From positions 16,013 through 80,012 of the forward strand of contig CAZEWH010000003.1 in assembly GCA_964515785.1 (NCBI GenBank): 64,000 nucleotides of DNA. The letters are read 5' to 3'. This document shows positions 18,621 to 27,427 of the stretch, in pieces. How positions within the stretch are numbered: the first letter of the stretch is position 1; the number at the start of each line of letters is the position of its first letter. The stretch is from an uncultured Gammaproteobacteria bacterium. GTDB taxonomy: Bacteria; Patescibacteriota; Patescibacteriia; UBA1558; GWA2-36-10. The notes under the pieces were generated by a model. It saw nothing but the letters and a program-made list of their open reading frames with translations. It searched no databases and was not told the DNA's origin. Made by a program: the position numbers and the translations under genes.

Positions 18621-20024
18621 ATGAAAAATTTAGTCAAAATCCTAATAGTTACAAGCTTAATGCTCTCTGCTCTGCCTACTCAGGCTACAGGGCTAGCTTT
18701 TGAAAGTATTAATCTTGGTCCTATCACTGGTAATAGTATAGATATTGTTTGGGAAACAAACCAAGCAACTATTGGCACTGTTTATTTTGGTACTAGTCCT
18801 TATAATCTTTCTAACCATCTTGGTACTAACGTCTATAGTATAAACCATACTACTACTTTGACTGGCTTAGAAGGTGACACTACTTATTATTATAAAATAG
18901 TAGCTAGCAACCGATCTGGTGAACAGATAGAGATTTTTACTCGAGACTTTACTACTGGTGATGTGATCGATGGTTCAAAACCAGAAATTATAGCCACCCG
19001 CCTTTTACAAACTACTGGTGACGTAATTGCTTTTTACTTTGAAACAAACAAACCTACTCGTGCTACTATCAGATATAGTGAACATACAGCTGGTGTATTA
19101 CATACTCTTCGTTATCCTAGAGGGTACACTACTCGACATACTGCTCATATATCAAGATTAATACCACTCTCTAGGTACGATATTAAAATAATTGTAGAAG
19201 ATAGAGATAATAGACGAGATTCAAAATATATGGACAATGTTGGCACTACTTCAAAAACAGGTGCACATTACCCACATATGACTATAGAAAATATACGACC
19301 TGATGGTCCTGGCTCTGATATGATTTCTAGTGATTCTGTGACTTTCACTTATCATACAAATCTAGTGGCTGAGAGTTATATTAAATATGGTACTACTCAT
19401 GGTGTATACAAAACCAAAGTTTATGCCAATGATGGTATACAAGACACCAATCATAAAATTGTTTTGAACAATTTACAACCAAATACCAGATACTACTATA
19501 TCATTGCTACAAAAAATGGCTTGTATGGTAAAAACGCTCAAATCAATGAACAAACTTTTACTACTAGACCAGCTCCTCGAGTACTAGGCTTAGTAATTCA
19601 TAGTGACAATGTTGACAATGACAATGATGGCTTATCAAATAATCGTGAATTAGCTCTAGGAACTGATCCAAATAATCCTGACAGCGATGGTGACGGTTAT
19701 AATGACGGTCTAGAAATAGACAATGGTTATAATCCTCTTGGTCCTGGTAGATATAATATTTTTAAATACAATAAACCTCGCTTATCTCATGATTATGAAA
19801 TGTCAAAGTCTATTGAACTCAAACAAGAGTTAGAAAAAATCTTGGGTGGCCTAAACCTTCAAGCTCAAGATTGGTTTACTGTAGTCAATGCTTATATCTA
19901 CGGTGAATATCCAATAGAGGCTATTGCTCAAAGTATCAAACACGGAGGTAAAACTGTACATCCAAATATTGCCTGGGACTTTTGGCAAAAAGCTAAAGAC
20001 TATCTTAATTATATAAATTTATAA
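18621..20024 (+). CDS. secreted surface protein with FN3/PAP-N-like repeats and Asp-rich calcium-binding (thrombospondin type 3-like) repeats
   Basis: signal peptide; repeated TTxTGLEGDTTYYYKI / NTRYYYII motifs; DNDNDGLSNNRE...DPNNPDSDGDGYNDGLE. Confidence 0.55.
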   Translation: MKNLVKILIVTSLMLSALPTQATGLAFESINLGPITGNSIDIVWETNQATIGTVYFGTSPYNLSNHLGTNVYSINHTTTLTGLEGDTTYYYKIVASNRSGEQIEIFTRDFTTGDVIDGSKPEIIATRLLQTTGDVIAFYFETNKPTRATIRYSEHTAGVLHTLRYPRGYTTRHTAHISRLIPLSRYDIKIIVEDRDNRRDSKYMDNVGTTSKTGAHYPHMTIENIRPDGPGSDMISSDSVTFTYHTNLVAESYIKYGTTHGVYKTKVYANDGIQDTNHKIVLNNLQPNTRYYYIIATKNGLYGKNAQINEQTFTTRPAPRVLGLVIHSDNVDNDNDGLSNNRELALGTDPNNPDSDGDGYNDGLEIDNGYNPLGPGRYNIFKYNKPRLSHDYEMSKSIELKQELEKILGGLNLQAQDWFTVVNAYIYGEYPIEAIAQSIKHGGKTVHPNIAWDFWQKAKDYLNYINL

Positions 20025-20035
20025 TTTTATATTAA

Positions 20036-20103
20036 AAAATACCCCCTCTCTTTCTCCCCCTAGTCTAGGGGGAGATGTCCGTAGGACAGAGGGGGTATTT
20101 TTT
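20036..20103. repeat. three-stem GC-clamped intergenic element (family member 2)
   Basis: ACCCCCTCT...AGAGGGGGT outer stem; inner hairpins CTCCCCCTAG-TC-CTAGGGGGAG and TGTCC-GTA-GGACA; near-identical copy at 28234-28300. Confidence 0.45.
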
Positions 20104-20227
20104 ATTTGACAGCTATTTTATCTAAGAGTATAATACTAGGCAGAATGCTAAAAATAATAATCCATAAGAAAAGGTATTATCTCAATGATGGCTATTTAAA
20201 TTTTTTCAAAAATATATTAATCAATAA

Positions 20228-20254
20228 ATTCCGCTAATAGCGGAATTTTTTTAT
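20228..20254 (+). terminator. rho-independent terminator
   Basis: ATTCCGC-TAATA-GCGGAAT + TTTTTTT. Confidence 0.6.
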
Positions 20255-20272
20255 TATTAACCAAAAAAACCT

Positions 20273-21277
20273 ATGCAAAAAGCAAACGTAGCTAGTCTTG
20301 AGGGCTTTGTACTCAAGGCCGCTCAAGATTTTTTTCACAACCAAGGCTTTACTCCTCTGTTTCCACCGAGGATTGTCAGAGCTAGTGGGGCTTGTGAGAA
20401 CGTCAACACTTTATTTGAGGTCAGTGTCGATAATGACCACAAATGGTTTGACCGCAATGCCTATCTAGCTCAGACTGGCCAACTTTATCTAGAGGCCTTT
20501 GTACCTAGTTTAGACAAAGTATATTGTGTTGGTCCATCATTTCGAGCTGAACCAAAAATAGACAGTCGCCATCTAACAGAGTTCACTATGATGGAAATAG
20601 AATTTGCTGGTAATTTTGAAGATTTATTATCTTATATCGAAAGCCTGATTCATCATGTAGCCCAGGCAGTAGCTGATCAACCACAGGCCAAAGAAAAATT
20701 TGGTCTTAGTGACCAAGATTTGAAAAGACTCAAATCTTGTCCAGCAAAATTTCATCGCTTTACTTATGACCAAGCGATAAAAAAGCTTCAAGAGCTTGGC
20801 GAAGATATCAGATGGGGAGATGATATCTCCAGTCAACGAGAAAAATTATTAATTGCAACGGTTGGAAATCAACCGTTATTTATTACCCATTATCCTGACC
20901 CAATGTATCCAGAACATCAAGATATCGAAGTAGAAAAATTTTTCAACATGCTACCTTCCAAAGATAATCCTGGTAGAGTCTTGAGCTCTGATTGTATCTT
21001 GCCCTTTGGTGGCGAGTCAGTCGGTGCGGCTGCCAGAGTTCATACACTTGATGAACTGATTAATAGATTAAAAAACTCCAAGATGTACAAACGCTTAGAG
21101 AAAAAGGGTGGAGATATATCTGACTTTGAATGGTATATTGATAAAATCAAAACCAACGGTGCTGTACCCCACGCTGGCTGTGGCTTTGGTATGTCTAGAA
21201 TATTACAATTTATCTCTGGTAAGACAGATATCACTGATGCTGTCACTTTTCCAGCTAACAAAGGACAGATTATTTAA
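20273..21277 (+). CDS. class II aaRS catalytic-core paralog (AsnRS/AspRS-like, no anticodon-binding domain); possible AsnA-type asparagine synthetase
   Basis: motif 2 FRAEPKIDSRHLTEFTMMEIEF, motif 3 GAVPHAGCGFGMSRILQF; only 334 aa and ORF starts right after a terminator, so N-terminal OB domain is genuinely absent. Confidence 0.55.
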   Translation: MQKANVASLEGFVLKAAQDFFHNQGFTPLFPPRIVRASGACENVNTLFEVSVDNDHKWFDRNAYLAQTGQLYLEAFVPSLDKVYCVGPSFRAEPKIDSRHLTEFTMMEIEFAGNFEDLLSYIESLIHHVAQAVADQPQAKEKFGLSDQDLKRLKSCPAKFHRFTYDQAIKKLQELGEDIRWGDDISSQREKLLIATVGNQPLFITHYPDPMYPEHQDIEVEKFFNMLPSKDNPGRVLSSDCILPFGGESVGAAARVHTLDELINRLKNSKMYKRLEKKGGDISDFEWYIDKIKTNGAVPHAGCGFGMSRILQFISGKTDITDAVTFPANKGQII

Positions 21278-21308
21278 AAACGGACTCAAAATTTTGAGTC
21301 CGTTTGTA

Positions 21309-21704
21309 CTATAGCAATTTGCTAATACCCCAGAGGGCTAGCAAATGCATAGTATTGTCTACCACCGCATAGACTAGACAGGAAAAAGCAATATCAATTT
21401 CCCGATATTGATCAGATGATTGCCATGCTTTGACAAAATTCCTACCTCTGATCATGTCTAGCCATTTTGCACCCCAAGACCATCTATCCAAAGGCCAATG
21501 ACTCAAGAATACTAAAGCCATGAGCCAAGGATGGAAATTCCATAAGAATAGACAAACACTAAGGGTATAAACCAGACAGTGCCAAGTGCACCATCCTGCA
21601 CCCTTCCAGCCTTTGACTGACTTGTTGAGAGCCATGGCTTTGGTTTGCAGGAGATAGTCACCTACTAGATGACCAAGTACGATTCTAGCAAAAAGATCTT
21701 CCAT
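21309..21704 (-). CDS. DUF3307-like small integral membrane protein (island G, second gene)
   Basis: 131 aa, HLVGDYLLQ and HWPLD motifs reminiscent of DUF3307; AAGGAG 6 nt upstream; overlaps upstream gene by 20 bp. Confidence 0.35.
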   Translation of the reverse strand: MEDLFARIVLGHLVGDYLLQTKAMALNKSVKGWKGAGWCTWHCLVYTLSVCLFLWNFHPWLMALVFLSHWPLDRWSWGAKWLDMIRGRNFVKAWQSSDQYREIDIAFSCLVYAVVDNTMHLLALWGISKLL

Positions 21705-22719
21705 GATGGACTCCTTGTCTAGCTTGAGATCTCAGATCTTCAAGCGAACCACTCGAGTCAATGCACTGCAGAAACAGTCGATGTTGTCTAACAATGTCTA
21801 CTGTCTGTTGCCAGCCAGGAATCTTGTCAATAAAAGCTGCCAGTCTAGGAGTACCTCTCCCATTGACCCTGCGCAGATTTTGAGATTCATCCTGACAACC
21901 CACATAGATGACTTTGCCACCGATAAAACGCCAAAACATTTTATCGGCCTGCATGCCATAGGGGACTTCAACAAAGACATTGCTATGCTGAGGCACAGCT
22001 CGCAAAGCTTGTTTGAGTAAATCCATCCAAGGCTCTTTGATGACAGCCTTGAGCTCTTCTTCACGTTCTAGAGCTAGCTGTACTAGATCCTGTCCTGGAA
22101 ATCTCTTTTCCAGTAATGGCTTTAACTGATCATTGAAATCATCAGTGTTGATATGCACATTACTAGTAGATTCTTCACTTAGCATCTGCAAAAAAGTAGA
22201 TTTACCAGAACCAGGCTTACCAACTACTAGAAAGAGATTGTTGATCATTAGCACTTTCTCAAGCAAAGCACTGATGACTAGTGGCGATACAAATTGACTC
22301 AATTCTTCCAAAGCCAATTCTGTGGCTAGTTGCCTGACTTTGGAAGAAGAAATGCCGTTGTGTTGCTCGTCACTGATCAGGTAGAGATACTTATCAATGC
22401 CATACTCTTGGCTATTGAGAAGCATAACTTCTGTTTCATGTTGCAGGTCATTGTGATCGCGAATACCTCTGATCATCACCAGTTGTGATAGATCGTATTT
22501 GCCTTCACCAAAAACCTTGACTTTGACATTGCTTGGCAAGTCATAGCTTTGCCAAAGTTGTTTGCATTCTTCGGCTGTAAACCAGCTACCATTTTTTTGA
22601 GGATTTCTCGAGCAAATGATAACTAGTTCTGGCAACATGACTGCTGCTTTACGAACAATAGCCAAATGCCCAAAAGTCGGCGGGCAAAAGCTACCAGGAT
22701 AAACATAGGTGACTGACAT
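21685..22719 (-). CDS. fusion of phosphopantetheine adenylyltransferase (CoaD/PPAT) domain and a P-loop kinase domain (CoaE-like?) (island G, first gene)
   Basis: N-term VYPGSFCPPTFGHLAIV...VMIRGIRDHNDLQHE...ISSSKVRQLA aligns along the length of E. coli CoaD as I recall it (about one-third identity by eye); C-term Walker A VVGKPGSGKST then NVHINTDD like CoaE; GC-rich; AAGGAGG 7 nt upstream. Confidence 0.55.
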   Translation of the reverse strand: MSVTYVYPGSFCPPTFGHLAIVRKAAVMLPELVIICSRNPQKNGSWFTAEECKQLWQSYDLPSNVKVKVFGEGKYDLSQLVMIRGIRDHNDLQHETEVMLLNSQEYGIDKYLYLISDEQHNGISSSKVRQLATELALEELSQFVSPLVISALLEKVLMINNLFLVVGKPGSGKSTFLQMLSEESTSNVHINTDDFNDQLKPLLEKRFPGQDLVQLALEREEELKAVIKEPWMDLLKQALRAVPQHSNVFVEVPYGMQADKMFWRFIGGKVIYVGCQDESQNLRRVNGRGTPRLAAFIDKIPGWQQTVDIVRQHRLFLQCIDSSGSLEDLRSQARQGVHHGRSFC

Positions 22720-22898
22720 GATCTTGCCTCCTTGTATTGGGTGATAGATTTGTCAATGTACTATGTTTGTATTATTATATAAATAAGAGATTTTGAACTA
22801 TTTTTAGTCAATTTTTTGATAAATTATTGTTTTTTAGCTAGTATTAGCTTCAAAAATATAATAAACTGTCGAATTTTTTCGACAACAACCATAAATAT

Positions 22899-23651
22899 AT
22901 GATCAAAGAAATAAAAAACAACCTAAAAGAATTGGGCTTTAATAACAATGAAATCAAGGTTTATACTGCTTTGACTCAATTAGGTGAAGCTACAGCTGCT
23001 CAAATAGCCAAAAAATCTGATATCCCCCGTACTACTGCTATAAGTATTTTGGATAAATTGGCTAATAATAAGCTACTTACTACCCATGTCTATCGAGGTA
23101 AGACATATTATTGGATTGAATCTCCTCAAACACTTAAAGAATCTTTTGTTCACAAAACAGTTGTTGCAGAACAACTCAGCGACCTACTCAATGATCTGTA
23201 TAGATCAGAAGCACACTTTCCTTATTCTAAGACTTTTGATACAAAAACTGGCATCAAAAATTTTATTGAAAAAAATATTGCTAATTTAAAAAAGAAATCA
23301 ACTATCTATACTATAGATAGTCCTGGGTCCGGTAATTATGCCAAAATATATTCAGAAAATTTTTCAAAAATTATGTTGGCTGCCAAAAAAAATAAACAAA
23401 TTTTTACTAAAAGCCTAGTACCAGCTGGATCACTAAAAAGTGTAGCTGAATATAAAATAAAAAACCAGAATATTGAAATTCGGGAATTGCCAAGTGATAT
23501 AAAATTTGAAGCTTCGTTATGGATTATTGAAAATAAAATATTTCACTTTTCTGGCAATCCTCCATTTATAGTTATGATCAAACACGATTTGATATATAGT
23601 GGTATCAAAAGTATTTATGATTATTTCTGGAATATATCTAGAACTAGTTAA
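22899..23651 (+). CDS. TrmB-family HTH transcriptional regulator
   Basis: N-terminal HTH EIKVYTALTQLGEATAAQIAKKSDIPRTTAISILDKLANNKLL typical of TrmB-type regulators. Confidence 0.5.
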   Translation: MIKEIKNNLKELGFNNNEIKVYTALTQLGEATAAQIAKKSDIPRTTAISILDKLANNKLLTTHVYRGKTYYWIESPQTLKESFVHKTVVAEQLSDLLNDLYRSEAHFPYSKTFDTKTGIKNFIEKNIANLKKKSTIYTIDSPGSGNYAKIYSENFSKIMLAAKKNKQIFTKSLVPAGSLKSVAEYKIKNQNIEIRELPSDIKFEASLWIIENKIFHFSGNPPFIVMIKHDLIYSGIKSIYDYFWNISRTS

Positions 23652-23705
23652 ATAGGGTTGACTTTTTCCTAATTTTTAGCTATGCTATTGAGCGTTGTAT
23701 TTCTT

Positions 23706-23780
23706 GGCCCCATCGTCTAGTGGTTAGGACTTCAGGTTTTCATCCTGGCAACCGGGGTTCGATTCCCCGTGGGGTCACCA
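23706..23780 (+). tRNA. tRNA-Glu (anticodon UUC), CCA encoded
   Basis: cloverleaf GGCCCCA/TGGGGTC acceptor, anticodon loop TTTTCAT, T-arm GGTTCGATTCC. Confidence 0.85.
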
Positions 23781-23813
23781 AAAAATACTCATCCTTGTGA
23801 TGGGTGTTTTTTA

Positions 23814-23842
23814 TTTGACAGTGTACTTTCAAAATTATAAAA
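23814..23842 (+). promoter_or_regulatory. TTGACA-17-TAAAAT promoter for the 21-aa peptide mini-gene
   Basis: read directly from sequence; followed 13 nt later by AGGAGG. Confidence 0.35.
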
Positions 23843-23869
23843 TATAATTACACACAGGAGGATGATATC

Positions 23870-23935
23870 ATGAAACGATTCATGATTCCGCGAGTTGCTC
23901 ATTGCATTGTTGGCTCCTGGCCAGGGGTGAGATGA
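23870..23935 (+). CDS. 21-aa peptide mini-gene (MKRFMIPRVAHCIVGSWPGVR), GC-rich
   Basis: AGGAGG 8 nt upstream of ATG; stop TGA embedded in long hairpin GGGGTGAGA...TCTCACCC followed by T-run; below the 60-aa ORF-track threshold. Confidence 0.35.
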   Translation: MKRFMIPRVAHCIVGSWPGVR

Positions 23936-24031
23936 TTAAGTAGAAATACTATATCGTCTCACCCTATTTTTTATTAAAATAAAAACAGAGACTCTAAATA
24001 AGAAATCTCTGTTGTATTTTTTTGAAAAAAA

Positions 24032-24310
24032 TTAGGCGATCTCAGAGTGAGCTACTCCTCTGTCAAAATCAACAGAAATGACTTTGACGTCACCCTCGCG
24101 ATCTACTGCTTCAGCAGGGATGTGCAGAATGATCACTTCTGCGGCAACCTCTTGTAGCTCGATGAAATCATAAACATTGGAAATGGCCTCAACCATCTTG
24201 AGTGGTACCTGACAAACACCATCAGATCGCGTGCCGGTCTTAATACCACGAGGAACGCTCAGGGAAGATCCCTTCATCAAAATGAAAGGAGTTGTTTTTG
24301 AGATATGCAT
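24032..24310 (-). CDS. hypothetical 92-aa protein, GC-rich ORFan (island H)
   Basis: track ORF starts at 24349 but AAGGAGG sits 6 nt upstream of internal ATG (MHISKTTPF...); shares 5'-UTR module with ORF 21685-22719. Confidence 0.5.
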   Translation of the reverse strand: MHISKTTPFILMKGSSLSVPRGIKTGTRSDGVCQVPLKMVEAISNVYDFIELQEVAAEVIILHIPAEAVDREGDVKVISVDFDRGVAHSEIA

Positions 24311-24390
24311 TCTTTGCCTCCTTGGCACATTGGGATGAACTACAAACAATCGTATCTTACATTATCTAAAAAAACTGTCAATATAAAAAA

Positions 24391-26190
24391 TTATTCAACA
24401 GTCACTGACTTAGCAAGATTGCGGGGCTTGTCTACATCTAAGCCTTTCATGTCAGCAATATGATAAGCTAATAATTGCAATGGTATGACATTGATTACTG
24501 GTGACAAAATATCATCTACCTCTGGGACTATAATAATATATTCTGCCAGGTCTTTGATTTCTGGGGTGGCATTATTTACTATAGCGATAATACGACCATC
24601 ACGAGCTTTGACTTCTTGCATATTGGCAATGATCTTTTGCGATAGATTATTTTTAGTAGCTACAAAAACTACTGGCATGTTTTTGTCTATCAAAGCAATC
24701 GGACCATGTTTGATCTCAGCCGCTGGATAACCTTCAGCATGAATATAAGAAATTTCTTTGAGCTTGAGAGCTCCTTCTAAAGCTACAGGAAAACTAAGTC
24801 CTCTGCCTAAATATAAAAAATTGTTTATGTCTTTGAATTGCCTGGCTATTTTCTTAACTTTGTCTTCGGTTTTCAAAACTTGCTCAATATGATTTGGCAA
24901 ATCTTTCAAATTATTCAAAATCTTCTGATCTAGTTCTAGGCCTTTGGTTTGTCTAATATAAAAAGCTAAAATCAGCAAAGCTACAACTTGTGAAGTAAAA
25001 GCTTTTGTACTAGCTACACCAATTTCTGGACCAACATGCAGATATATTCCAGAATCTACTTCTCGAGTAATAGTCGAACCAACTACATTAACTATACCTA
25101 GAGTCTTGGCATTTTTTTCTTTGGCTTCCCGCAAAGCTGCTAGAGTATCAGCTGTCTCACCAGATTGAGACATAGCTATAAGCATGTCTTTGTCAGTCAA
25201 GATAGGATTGCGATAACGAAATTCAGAAGCATAATCTACTTCAGTTGGTATCTCAGCAATTTGTTGCAAAATATATTTACCAATCAAGGCAGAATGCCAA
25301 CTAGTACCACAGGCTGTGATCATGATACGCTGTATTTTGGTGATATCAAAATCAATTGTTAGTTTGATCTGACCATCTTTGATACGACCACGAATAGTAT
25401 TGGCAATAGCAGCCGGCTGTTCCATGATTTCTTTGAGCATAAAATGCTTATAGCCTTTTTTCTCCATTTGCTCAACATTCCATTTTATTTCTTCTATTTT
25501 TTTATCTATCTTTTCACCTGACAAATTTTTGATAACATAATTGTCCTTGGTGATAACAGCCATTTCATTATCATTGAGGTAAATAACTTTTTTGGTATAT
25601 TTCAAAATAGCTGGTACATCAGAAGCTACAAACATCTCTCCGTCCCCCAAACCAATGATCAAGGGTGAGCCACGACGAGCCGCTATTATTTTTTCTTCAT
25701 CTCGATGAATAATAGCTATGCCAAAAGCTCCTTCAATCAACTCTAAAGCTTGACAAACTGCTTTTTCAAAATCTTTTTGATAAAACTTGGCTATCAGATG
25801 AGCTACAATTTCTGAATCTGTTTCAGAACTAAGTTTAACTCCGTCTTTGATCAATAATTCTTTGAGAGCTTGATAATTTTCAATAATACCATTGTGAACT
25901 ATAGCAATTTTTTGACTAGTATCTAGATGAGGATGAGCATTTTGCTCGTTGGGTTCACCATGAGTAGCCCATCGAGTATGAGCAATACCAATAGTACCAG
26001 ACATTTTGTCTAACTTCACTTCTTTAGCTAAAGCTGAAATATTACCCTTTTTTTTGATAACTTTTAATTTATCATCGCCAATTACACAAAGACCCGCACT
26101 ATCATAGCCACGATATTCAAGTTTTTTTAAGCCCTCCAAAAGTAGGGGGGCTGTTTGTTTGTTACCAATATAACCAATAATTCCACACAT
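24391..26190 (-). CDS. glmS: glutamine--fructose-6-phosphate aminotransferase
   Basis: N-terminal MCGIIGYIG Ntn amidotransferase, two SIS domains, 599 aa. Confidence 0.9.
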   Translation of the reverse strand: MCGIIGYIGNKQTAPLLLEGLKKLEYRGYDSAGLCVIGDDKLKVIKKKGNISALAKEVKLDKMSGTIGIAHTRWATHGEPNEQNAHPHLDTSQKIAIVHNGIIENYQALKELLIKDGVKLSSETDSEIVAHLIAKFYQKDFEKAVCQALELIEGAFGIAIIHRDEEKIIAARRGSPLIIGLGDGEMFVASDVPAILKYTKKVIYLNDNEMAVITKDNYVIKNLSGEKIDKKIEEIKWNVEQMEKKGYKHFMLKEIMEQPAAIANTIRGRIKDGQIKLTIDFDITKIQRIMITACGTSWHSALIGKYILQQIAEIPTEVDYASEFRYRNPILTDKDMLIAMSQSGETADTLAALREAKEKNAKTLGIVNVVGSTITREVDSGIYLHVGPEIGVASTKAFTSQVVALLILAFYIRQTKGLELDQKILNNLKDLPNHIEQVLKTEDKVKKIARQFKDINNFLYLGRGLSFPVALEGALKLKEISYIHAEGYPAAEIKHGPIALIDKNMPVVFVATKNNLSQKIIANMQEVKARDGRIIAIVNNATPEIKDLAEYIIIVPEVDDILSPVINVIPLQLLAYHIADMKGLDVDKPRNLAKSVTVE

Positions 26191-26191
26191 A

Positions 26192-26728
26192 TTATAATCT
26201 ACCTTTTTGTAATTTTAATAAAAATGCTAAATAGTTTACAGCTGGATGCAAAATCAAAGCTAAAACCAAAGATACCAGCCATATATCCCATGATAATTTG
26301 ATATAAAAAGAAATACAAAATAAAGAACCAACCATCCAATCTAACTGATCAAATGGAGGCCAGGGTTCACCAGGCATAACATTAACACGTCGTTTAAAAA
26401 AACTACGCACCAAATCACCTAATAAAGCACCAGCAGCTAACAATAATCCCAACAACCAAATATTACTCTGCTGATAATCAAGCATAGTAATAGATTGGAC
26501 ATAAGGATAGAGCAGTTGCTGAATATAAACAATTATTAAAGCAGACACTACACCAAAAAATAAGCCTCGCCAAGTTTTGTGGCCACCAAAAATACGTTTA
26601 CCATTAAAAAGCTTTCCGTTATCAACTGGATAATTCAAAAAATTGATACGTCTAAAAAGAACTGGTGCCATGTTGGCAAAACCAGCTGGTAAAAATAGCC
26701 AAAGCAATTTTAAAATATAAATCCACAT
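26192..26728 (-). CDS. CDP-archaeol synthase-like (DUF46/CarS-like) membrane protein
   Basis: YPVDNGKLFNGKRIFGGHKTWRGLFFG resembles CarS/DUF46 signature; 5 TM; adjacent to CDP-alcohol phosphatidyltransferase. Confidence 0.35.
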   Translation of the reverse strand: MWIYILKLLWLFLPAGFANMAPVLFRRINFLNYPVDNGKLFNGKRIFGGHKTWRGLFFGVVSALIIVYIQQLLYPYVQSITMLDYQQSNIWLLGLLLAAGALLGDLVRSFFKRRVNVMPGEPWPPFDQLDWMVGSLFCISFYIKLSWDIWLVSLVLALILHPAVNYLAFLLKLQKGRL

Positions 26729-27337
26729 TTAATAATCTTTAATTTTAAATTTTTTAGATTTTAATTTATAGTTTACTTTCAAAAAACTATTTACTATAAC
26801 TGGTATCATAAAAATAGAAAAAAGAAACAAAGCGTCATTGAGGTAATTTTGAGAAGTAAATACTAGCCAAGCAAATAATGCATAAACAATATATTTGGTT
26901 CGTAAAACAAAACGTGGTTTTATTCTTAATAAATAACGTATAATCACTAGGCAAATCATAACAACATACAAAAATACATACAATAATCCTAGACTAGGGT
27001 CTACGTATCCATAAAGTCCTAAAGTCCAAACAATTATAAACATCCCAGTATAATCTACAAAAGTATCCATAACTTCACCAGCTGTATTGTCTTGTTTTGT
27101 TAGACGAGCCACTGCTCCATCTAGACCATCCAATAATAAATGAACAACTAAAAATAACAAAGATAGTTTTAAATTAGTATCAATATAATAGACAAAACCA
27201 AATAAAATTACCAAACCAAACAAACTAATTTGATTAGGGGTGATACCAGTCTTGGCTATCAAACAAGATAAAGGATAAAAAAATTTATCACGCCAAGCTT
27301 TACATGTTTCATATTGCTTTAAGCCGGTCATTGACAT
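26729..27337 (-). CDS. CDP-alcohol phosphatidyltransferase family protein
   Basis: signature D-G-x2-A-R...G...D: LLDGLDGAVARLT; polytopic. Confidence 0.6.
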   Translation of the reverse strand: MSMTGLKQYETCKAWRDKFFYPLSCLIAKTGITPNQISLFGLVILFGFVYYIDTNLKLSLLFLVVHLLLDGLDGAVARLTKQDNTAGEVMDTFVDYTGMFIIVWTLGLYGYVDPSLGLLYVFLYVVMICLVIIRYLLRIKPRFVLRTKYIVYALFAWLVFTSQNYLNDALFLFSIFMIPVIVNSFLKVNYKLKSKKFKIKDY

Positions 27338-27427
27338 ATATATTATTATACATTAATAATACCTTTTTTCTAGTGATTATTCAATAAAGATATGTTATAA
27401 TAAAAACAAGATAAATAAACTAAATTT

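Noticed and set aside
21703-22064. ORFs 21703-22020 (+) and 21798-22064 (-) inside the CoaD-kinase gene
   Set aside because: They are antisense or alternate frames of a GC-rich gene with clear CoaD homology in the chosen frame.
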